From: an uncultured Verrucomicrobiae bacterium | GTDB taxonomy: Bacteria > Verrucomicrobiota > Verrucomicrobiia > Limisphaerales > Palsa-1400 | Direction: 5' to 3' | DNA length: 64,000 nt | NCBI GenBank assembly: GCA_963764165.1 | Contig: CAVXRD010000004.1 | Coordinates: forward strand, 320,001-384,000 | Shown here: in pieces, positions 57,200 through 64,000 of the stretch | How positions within the stretch are numbered: the stretch's first letter is position 1 | Layout: every line of letters starts with the position of its first letter | The notes under the pieces: model-generated | Told to the model about the DNA's origin: nothing | The model's database searches: none | What the model saw: only the letters and a program-made list of their open reading frames with translations | Program-made: the position numbers and the translations under genes

Positions 57200-58930
57200 G
57201 TGTCGCTTTCCCGCCGTCCGCGCGTCGAACGGGAGAGCTTTGATCGATTGAAAAAACAACTCTGCTTTATCGGATTTGCGGAAAGCGAACTGCTCCGCCT
57301 CCAGCCTTCGCTGGAGGCGACCGCGAATCGCTGGGAGTGCGTGCACTACCGCAGCACGGACGACGCGCTGAAAGCCATGCGCGAAACGCCGTATGATGTC
57401 ATGATCGCGAACCTCAGCCCGGACGGCCTGCACGACGCCGCTTTCCTCCAGAACGCAGCCATCGCCCATCCACGCATGATTCGCCTTGTCCTTGGTGATG
57501 TGGCGGATCGGGAAATGGTCGTGGGATGCATGGGCGCCGCCCATCAATTCATTTCCAAGCCATGGAAGCCGCCGGAATTAATTTCGATCATTGAGCGCAG
57601 CCTGGCGCTTGATTCGTGGCTTTCGAGCGACAGTTTGCGGCTATTCATTCCCCGCCTGGGGACGCTGCCAGGTTTGCCTTCCACTTACTTCGAGGTTCTG
57701 AAAAAGGCCGAATCGCCCAATTGCACCGTGGAGTCAATCGCCGACGTCATCGCGCGCGACCCGTCGTTGACAGCGCGATTGCTGCAAATGGTCAATTCGC
57801 CCGCCTCTGGCTTGAAAGAAAAAATCACAAGCCCGGCCGACGCGGTTTCGATGATGGGGATCGACGCTGTCAAATCATTGGTGCTGTGCTTGCAGCTTTT
57901 TTCGCAAACGTCCCCCGCGGATGCCGCCGGTCTGTCGCTGGATCGCCTGTGGCATCACAGTTTTATGGTCGCCAAGACGGCCGCGAAAGTGGTCTTGCGC
58001 TGCATCGCCAGCGAGCGCATGGCCAGCGAGGCTTACACGGCTGGGCTCTTGCACAACATCGGCCAGATTGTCATGGCCACGAATCTCTCGGGAGAATATT
58101 CGGCGGTCGTGCTGTACGCCCGCGAAAACAAATGCACGCTGCAGGACGCCGAAATCAAACTGCTGGGCGTCACCAGCAATCAGGTCGGCGCTTACCTGCT
58201 CGGCGTTTGGGGAATGCCGCTGGCCGTGCTGGAATCCACCGCGCTTCACTTGAATCCGTCCTCTGTGCAGCCGCCGGAGTTTTCATTGTTGACAGCCGTG
58301 CATGTCGCGAATGTTCTGGCCTGGGACGAGGATTCGGGCGACCTGAAGTTTCAGTTGCCAAAATTGGATTCCGACTACCTGCGAACCATGGAAATGCCGC
58401 GGAAACCAGACGCCTGGCGGAAATTCCTGGCGGAAGGCCCGTCGCAGGAGAAAATCCAGGCGCCCCGCCCTGCCCCGACGCTGGTCGAACCACCACCGCC
58501 GGTTCGCGCCAAACCAATCAAGGTCAAGGACGAAGCCGAAACCAGGCCCTCGAATAAGCCATCCTTTTTCTTTATTGGCCTGATCGTTCTGGCCGTGCTG
58601 GGCTTGGTGGCAAAAAACCGATATTTTCCCGGCCACGCCTCGGAAGCGGGTGACAACACAGAGCCAAAGCCCGCCGGTTCCAACTCCGCCAATCCCGCCC
58701 CAGACGCGCCGGCCGCCCAGCAGCGCAAGCCAGCCGAGCCGGACCCGGTGGACTTCGATATGATCAAGCTGCAAGGCATAATTTATATGCGCCGCAATCC
58801 TGTCGCTCTCGTGAATGGAAAAACGGTGGCGCCGGGCGATATGCTGGGAGCGGTGAAAATTGTTTCCATGACGACGAACAGCGTGGTGATGTCATGCAAG
58901 GGCGTTCAGAAGACCTTTTTTCTGAAATGA
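57200..58930 (+). CDS. receiver-like + HDOD domain protein with TM and C-terminal GspB-like domain
   Basis: HQFISKPW, ARDPSLTARLLQMVNS, LWHHS, AGLLHNIG, WGMP; TM; KLQGIIY...ALVNGKTV. Confidence 0.85.
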   Translation: MSLSRRPRVERESFDRLKKQLCFIGFAESELLRLQPSLEATANRWECVHYRSTDDALKAMRETPYDVMIANLSPDGLHDAAFLQNAAIAHPRMIRLVLGDVADREMVVGCMGAAHQFISKPWKPPELISIIERSLALDSWLSSDSLRLFIPRLGTLPGLPSTYFEVLKKAESPNCTVESIADVIARDPSLTARLLQMVNSPASGLKEKITSPADAVSMMGIDAVKSLVLCLQLFSQTSPADAAGLSLDRLWHHSFMVAKTAAKVVLRCIASERMASEAYTAGLLHNIGQIVMATNLSGEYSAVVLYARENKCTLQDAEIKLLGVTSNQVGAYLLGVWGMPLAVLESTALHLNPSSVQPPEFSLLTAVHVANVLAWDEDSGDLKFQLPKLDSDYLRTMEMPRKPDAWRKFLAEGPSQEKIQAPRPAPTLVEPPPPVRAKPIKVKDEAETRPSNKPSFFFIGLIVLAVLGLVAKNRYFPGHASEAGDNTEPKPAGSNSANPAPDAPAAQQRKPAEPDPVDFDMIKLQGIIYMRRNPVALVNGKTVAPGDMLGAVKIVSMTTNSVVMSCKGVQKTFFLK

Positions 58931-58934
58931 TGCC

Positions 58935-59696
58935 TCATTCAATGATTCTCACCGCCCCGTTCCGCATTGCTGCGACGCAGCCGAGATGGTCACGCTGGAA
59001 GCAAAATGCCACGTCATCCCGCAGTGCTGGCATGGATAAAAGGCGTCTCGCATTCTTCGAATGGCGGGCGAGGCCGGCATGCGCGTCGTTTTTTGTGTCG
59101 AGATAAATTTGCCGCGCGATTTGCGCGGAGTCCGAAATTTCATTGGCGTCAAACTTGTCCCACACCAAATCGCACAATGCGCCCGCCGCCAGTGTGTCTT
59201 CGTAAGCGGCTTCCTCGTAAGTGCCGGCGCACACCACGATCAGATGTTTGGCCCGGTCGCGTTCCAGTCGCACTGCGGTGGCTTGGAGATTCAGCCAGGC
59301 AGCGGCAAGAATTTGCTTCGCGCCGGCGCACGCTTGCAACGCCCTGGTCCCATTGGTCGTCGTCATGATGATGTCGCGATTGGCGACGACGCCGATTGTA
59401 AATTCGCGCGGCGAATTGCCGTGATCGAAATCAACGCTTCCTGTTTGCGCGGCAAGTATTCGCACGCCATCGCGCTCGCCCGCCAGCAGCGCGCCAGGCA
59501 TCTTGGAATGGAGCTTCATTGCTTCGGGAATGTCGCGAACAGGGAGGATTGAATTCGCGCCGTTGGCCAGCGCGGTCAGCATGGAAGTTGTCGCGCGCAA
59601 GACGTCGTAGACGACACAATGCGTTGCCGATAAATCGCGGCTGGCCAGGGCGGAAAAATCGGCGGGAGTGAAGAGCACCTCCAAGGTAGATTTCAT
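58935..59696 (-). CDS. comB: 2-phosphosulfolactate phosphatase family protein
   Basis: DVLRATT, GERDG, GNSPRE, TTTNGT, EDTLAAG. Confidence 0.92.
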   Translation of the reverse strand: MKSTLEVLFTPADFSALASRDLSATHCVVYDVLRATTSMLTALANGANSILPVRDIPEAMKLHSKMPGALLAGERDGVRILAAQTGSVDFDHGNSPREFTIGVVANRDIIMTTTNGTRALQACAGAKQILAAAWLNLQATAVRLERDRAKHLIVVCAGTYEEAAYEDTLAAGALCDLVWDKFDANEISDSAQIARQIYLDTKNDAHAGLARHSKNARRLLSMPALRDDVAFCFQRDHLGCVAAMRNGAVRIIE

Positions 59697-59703
59697 AAGT
59701 GAA

Positions 59704-61182
59704 CTAATTTTTCCGCGGCAGCCGGCCGAGCCAATACGAGCCGACGCCGTACTTCCATTCCAATTCCGGCAAAAATGATGTTGGGTCTCCGCGCGCGCTT
59801 AAAACAAGGCGGTCGGACGGGCGCATCTTTTTGATCCATGGACGGTAAGCATCGGGCGATCCGCCGTTGGACAGAATCGCCATGTATGTTTCCAAGTCTT
59901 CCCGCGGCATGAAGGCTGGCTCGAATCCAGCGGAGTATTTCCACGGGGCGGCCGGGTTGCGGAAGAAAGTGTGATAGAAAAATTCCAGGTCGGACTCGTA
60001 GAAAATTCCGCCCGCGTCTGGAAGCCAGCCGGCGAGACGGGGATCTTCGGCAGTCAAGTATTGCATCGCGGCAGAGGACGACCAGCGGCTGTCGGCATCG
60101 CTGGTTGTGGTCACAAATACGACGACGGCCAGGCCAGCCGCGATGCCGATTCGTTTCACCGCGCCCGCTTGGATTCGCAGCGAAAGCAGCATGTCCAAAT
60201 CGAGCGCGATCAAAACCATCAAAGCCGGCAGGCCCCAATCGTCCCATATTCGTTCCGCTTCAAATCCCAGCGCCCAGCCGATGGCCGCCAGCCAGAAACT
60301 CGGTTCCGACCAAAGCGGCCGGCACGGAAGTTTCGCAAGCTGACGCATCACCACCAGCGCGCCCAGCAACAGCAGCGGAAACCAATTGCCGGCGGTCGGA
60401 CGCAATTCAGTAACGAGCGTGGTTTGGGACAAGTGAAGGCCAACGGCATTGCGCGCCTGCATCCACGCTTCCACGATATAGACGACGGGGTGCCCTGTGC
60501 ATGCCGCTCCGAGAATCGTCCCAGCCACCCAGCATCCCGCCAGCGCGATTCCCCAGTGAAATCGCCGGGCCAAGAAAAATGCCGCCACCGGCAGCGCCCA
60601 AAAATACCACACGCCATGCAGCAAAACCGCGAGCGCGATCAAAATCGTCACGGCCGCGCACGAGCGTTTGCCCGGCTCCTTCGCCCACGGGGCCGATGTC
60701 AAAAATAAAACCGTGACCAGTTCTGTGATCGTCAACAAGAAAGGCCGCCCCATCATGAACCGCCGCATGAAGGGAGATTGGATTCCCAACGTTAGAACAA
60801 GCGTGATGAGCCACGCTTCCGGCCGCTTGAGCCAGGGCAGCGCCGACCAGCCCACCAGCACGAACAGCGCTCCCATCGCAAACAGCGCCAGTGATTCGTC
60901 AGAACAGTTCGTCCACAAATGAATTTGCCGAAGGACTGTGTGCCAGCCGATGTGATTATCAATGGCGTAATCAGGCCGGAGCACCAGAATTTCCGGCCAC
61001 GGTTTTCCAGTGATCGATTTGGCGGAATCCGCCAGGACATCGTCCGGCGGCAGAAATCCATAGCTGAAAATCTTCAGCGGCAATATCAGCACAATCAAAA
61101 GCGCAATCGCGAAAACGAGCATCGGCACGTAGCGGCCAACGCCAGACACCCCGCCGTCCCCGGTTTCCGAATCGCCATTCAA
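59704..61182 (-). CDS. polytopic membrane protein, possibly GT-C-like
   Basis: Many TM segments, PPDD motif after the first TM; start uncertain. Confidence 0.7.
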   Translation of the reverse strand: MNGDSETGDGGVSGVGRYVPMLVFAIALLIVLILPLKIFSYGFLPPDDVLADSAKSITGKPWPEILVLRPDYAIDNHIGWHTVLRQIHLWTNCSDESLALFAMGALFVLVGWSALPWLKRPEAWLITLVLTLGIQSPFMRRFMMGRPFLLTITELVTVLFLTSAPWAKEPGKRSCAAVTILIALAVLLHGVWYFWALPVAAFFLARRFHWGIALAGCWVAGTILGAACTGHPVVYIVEAWMQARNAVGLHLSQTTLVTELRPTAGNWFPLLLLGALVVMRQLAKLPCRPLWSEPSFWLAAIGWALGFEAERIWDDWGLPALMVLIALDLDMLLSLRIQAGAVKRIGIAAGLAVVVFVTTTSDADSRWSSSAAMQYLTAEDPRLAGWLPDAGGIFYESDLEFFYHTFFRNPAAPWKYSAGFEPAFMPREDLETYMAILSNGGSPDAYRPWIKKMRPSDRLVLSARGDPTSFLPELEWKYGVGSYWLGRLPRKN

Positions 61183-61220
61183 TGAGTGGGACGCTAGAGG
61201 ATTGCTCAATCTTTGGCAAG

Positions 61221-61351
61221 GTAGGGCCGCCTCGACGAGGCGTCTGGGGTGAGGGATTATCCACGCGAAGGCCATGCGCTAAGTCCCGAGCAACCGGACG
61301 CCTGGGCCAGCCTTAGCGGAGCTTCGGCTCGGTAAACGAGGCGTCCCCAGC
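61221..61351. repeat. degenerate GTAG REP pair
   Basis: GTAGGGCCGCCTCGACGAGGCGTCTG, then CGGACGCCT...AGGCGTCCCCAGC. Confidence 0.65.
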
Positions 61352-61422
61352 TTGGATATGGGGCGTTTGCACGCTTGTTATTTGCAGATGAGCGGTTCAT
61401 TTTGTTCCTCGCGAGTGAAAAA

Positions 61423-62814
61423 ATGGAAACGAATCGCCCTAAGAAAATCTTCGGCACCGACGGCGTGCGCGGCACGGCTAACGTCGAACCCGTTACCGCC
61501 AGCACAGCCCTGAAACTCGGCCAGGCCGCCGGGCATGTGTTCAAAAATCTCGAAACGCAGTCACGTGGGCGCGGCAAGCATAAAATTGTCATTGGGAAAG
61601 ACACGCGCTTGTCCGGCTACATGCTCGAGAACGCCATTTCTTCAGGCATTCTTTCAATGGGCGTCGATGTTCTTTTCATCGGCCCCCTGCCCACCCCGGG
61701 CGTTGCCTATGTGACGCGCAGCCTTCGGGCGGATGCCGGGATTGTCATCACCGCCTCGCATAACCCTTATGATGACAACGGGATTAAATTTTTTCACGCG
61801 GACGGCTACAAATTGGACGATGATATTGAAGAGCGCATCGAAAGCCTTGTCTTCAGCGGCGAGATTGCAAAAATCCACCCGTCCGCCAGCGAAATCGGCA
61901 AGGCCGTTCGCATTGACGACGCGCTCGGGCGTTACATTGAATTTGCCAAAAGTTCGTTCCCGCGAAATCTCACCCTCGACGGATTGCGCGTCGTTGTCGA
62001 TTGCGCAAATGGCGCGGCCTACAAATCGACTCCGTGCGTTCTAAGCGAACTCGGAGCGGAAGTCATCGTGTTCGGCAACGAGCCCGACGGCAGCAATATT
62101 AACCGCGATTGCGGCGCGATGCACCCGGCCCACCTCTGCCGGTTAGTGCGCGAGCACAATGCGCACGTGGGACTGGCCCATGATGGCGATGCCGACCGCA
62201 TCCTGCTTTGCGACGAGCACGGCAAGCTGGTCGATGGCGACGATATCATGGCCATTCTGGCGCTGGAAGGATTGGCCGCTGGAACCATGGCGCAAAAGAC
62301 GCTTGTCACGACCGTCATGTCCAACGCGGGATTGGACGCCGCCATCGAAGCCGCGGGCGGCAAGACGATTCGCACCTCGGTCGGCGACCAAAATGTGCTG
62401 GCCGCCATGCGTCAACAAGAACTTAACATCGGCGGCGAGCAGAGCGGCCACATCATTGTCCGCGATTATTGCACGACCGGGGACGGCTTGATCGCGGCCC
62501 TGCAAATTTTGAGGATCATGCAAACCCGCCAGCAGCCGCTCTCGGAACTGACGGCTTGCTGGACGCGTTTTCCTCAATTGCTAACAAACATGGTCGTGCG
62601 CGAAAAGAAACCGCTGGAGGAATTGCCGGGCGTTTGCCAGATCGTGGCCGAGGCCGAGGCGTTTCTCAAGTCGCAAGGCGGGCGTGTGCTGCTGCGCTAC
62701 TCCGGCACCGAGCCAAAAGTGAGGCTGTTGCTGGAAGGCCGGGAAGCGCCGGTTCTCGAGCAGTGGAGCAAAAAGATTTCCCAAAAGTTGACCGAGGAAT
62801 TGGGATGCAAATAA
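61423..62814 (+). CDS. glmM: phosphoglucosamine mutase
   Basis: FGTDGVRG, GKDTRLSG, ITASHNP, HDGDADR, GGEQSGH, RYSGTEP. Confidence 0.97.
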   Translation: METNRPKKIFGTDGVRGTANVEPVTASTALKLGQAAGHVFKNLETQSRGRGKHKIVIGKDTRLSGYMLENAISSGILSMGVDVLFIGPLPTPGVAYVTRSLRADAGIVITASHNPYDDNGIKFFHADGYKLDDDIEERIESLVFSGEIAKIHPSASEIGKAVRIDDALGRYIEFAKSSFPRNLTLDGLRVVVDCANGAAYKSTPCVLSELGAEVIVFGNEPDGSNINRDCGAMHPAHLCRLVREHNAHVGLAHDGDADRILLCDEHGKLVDGDDIMAILALEGLAAGTMAQKTLVTTVMSNAGLDAAIEAAGGKTIRTSVGDQNVLAAMRQQELNIGGEQSGHIIVRDYCTTGDGLIAALQILRIMQTRQQPLSELTACWTRFPQLLTNMVVREKKPLEELPGVCQIVAEAEAFLKSQGGRVLLRYSGTEPKVRLLLEGREAPVLEQWSKKISQKLTEELGCK

Positions 62815-62818
62815 TCGC

Positions 62819-64000
62819 ATGAACGTCGATTTGGCATACGGCCAGGGGCGCGTCGCGGTCGATTTGCCAGACGGCCGCACCACTGTCATCTCCCCTTCCC
62901 ACCGCCCCGGATTGCCGGACGAGCGCGCCGCCATTCGCGCCGCCCTCGAGCAGCCGATTTCCGCCCGGCCGCTCCGCGAGTGGATCAAGCCGGGTGACCG
63001 TGTTTGCGTTGCCTTTACCGACATCACGCGCGCCACGCCAAATCACAAATTGATTCCGTGGCTGCTCGAGTATTTGGCCGATGTGCCGCGCGAGCAAATT
63101 ACCCTGTTAAACCAGCTCGGCACACACCGTCCCAACACGCCGGCTGAACTCGACAAGTTGCTGACGCCCGCCGTGACCAGCCAGTACCGCGTGCTCAATC
63201 ACGAGCCGGAAAATCCAGATGCGCTGGCTCAGTTTGGAACGATGCGCGACGGCACGCCCGCACTCATCAATCGCCATCTCGCGGAAGCGGACGTTCGCAT
63301 TATCACTGGATTCATCGAGCCGCATTTTTTCGCGGGGTTCAGCGGCGGCATCAAAGGAATCATTCCCGGCTGCGGAGGCTTGCGCAGCGTGATGAGCAAT
63401 CACGGATTCAAGAATATTGGCGACGCCAAGTCGACTTTCGGCATCACGGTAGGCAATCCGCTATGGGAGGAATTGCGCGATGTCGCATTGCGCGTCGGCC
63501 CGAGTTTTCTGCTGAACGTCACACTCAACGAGCAGCGCGACATCACTGGCGTCTTTGCGGGGGATTTAATCGAGGCGCACCGGGTCGGCTGCGAATTTGT
63601 CCGGCAATCCGCGATGCAGAAAGTGAAAGCGCCCTTCGACATTGTCGTAACCACGAACAGCGGTTATCCGCTTGATTTGAATTTGTACCAGGGTGTGAAA
63701 GGCATGAGCGCGGGCGCCCGCATTTTGAACAAGGGCGGCCTGCTCATTCTCGCATGCGAGTGCAGCGAAGGCGTTCCGCCGGGCAGCCCGCTGGACAAGC
63801 TTTTGCTGAGCGCGCGGAGCCCGGAGGAAATACTCGTGATGCTGAGCACGCCGGGTTTCGTCCGCCCTGAGCAATGGCAGGCGCAAATCCAGGCGCTGAT
63901 TCAGAGGGATGTGGAAGTTCTGCTTTACAGCTCGCTGCCGGACGACATTGTGCGCAAGGCATTTTTGAACCCCTGCCGCGACATTGGGGCCACAGTGCGA
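62819..64000 (+). CDS. larA: nickel-dependent lactate racemase family protein (3'-partial)
   Basis: Translated by hand (not in the ORF track): MNVDLAYG, TDITRATPN, LGTHR, IEPHFFAGFSGGIK, GYPLDLNLYQGVKG; open to the window edge. Confidence 0.9.
   Translation, partial: MNVDLAYGQGRVAVDLPDGRTTVISPSHRPGLPDERAAIRAALEQPISARPLREWIKPGDRVCVAFTDITRATPNHKLIPWLLEYLADVPREQITLLNQLGTHRPNTPAELDKLLTPAVTSQYRVLNHEPENPDALAQFGTMRDGTPALINRHLAEADVRIITGFIEPHFFAGFSGGIKGIIPGCGGLRSVMSNHGFKNIGDAKSTFGITVGNPLWEELRDVALRVGPSFLLNVTLNEQRDITGVFAGDLIEAHRVGCEFVRQSAMQKVKAPFDIVVTTNSGYPLDLNLYQGVKGMSAGARILNKGGLLILACECSEGVPPGSPLDKLLLSARSPEEILVMLSTPGFVRPEQWQAQIQALIQRDVEVLLYSSLPDDIVRKAFLNPCRDIGATVR

Overview
The window has two parts. 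(1) Positions 1 to ~31,989 are the right ~32 kb of a Mu-like transposable prophage, with all core genes on the + strand and the left end outside the window. It encodes a DDE transposase (5'-truncated), MuB-like ATPase, Gam, GemA-like protein, N6-adenine methylase and a Gp37/Gp68-family protein. These are followed by a late cassette with two lipoproteins and a class-3 lipase but no recognisable endolysin, Mu gp26/27/28-like packaging genes, an HK97-type portal (fused to a Mu-F domain), protease and capsid, and a tail module with no recognisable sheath whose tape-measure-like gene is last. The right end has tandem 11-bp repeats and interrupts the signal peptide of a host GH13 gene. The most unusual signal is that three virion-module proteins (major capsid, capsid-adjacent protein, tailspike) carry membrane-targeting or Sec-type sequences, and the tailspike's signal peptide is partly encoded by a dispersed palindromic repeat. 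Several short repeat families, including GTAG-type REP hairpins inserted in frame, pepper the prophage and host. (2) Positions ~32,000-64,000 are host chromosome, probably Verrucomicrobiota judging by C-terminal sorting-type domains and Thr-Asn-rich exported proteins. Genes include a GH13 amylase, sodium:solute symporter, PfkB kinase, metallophosphoesterase, DUF1080 protein, S53 peptidase, engB, rsgA, rapA, infC with an RRM protein, a repeat surface protein, ferredoxin, alkaline-phosphatase-family protein, REC-HDOD protein, comB, glmM and larA (3'-truncated). No rRNA, tRNA or CRISPR array was seen. All assignments are by eye from motifs and synteny; no database searches were run.
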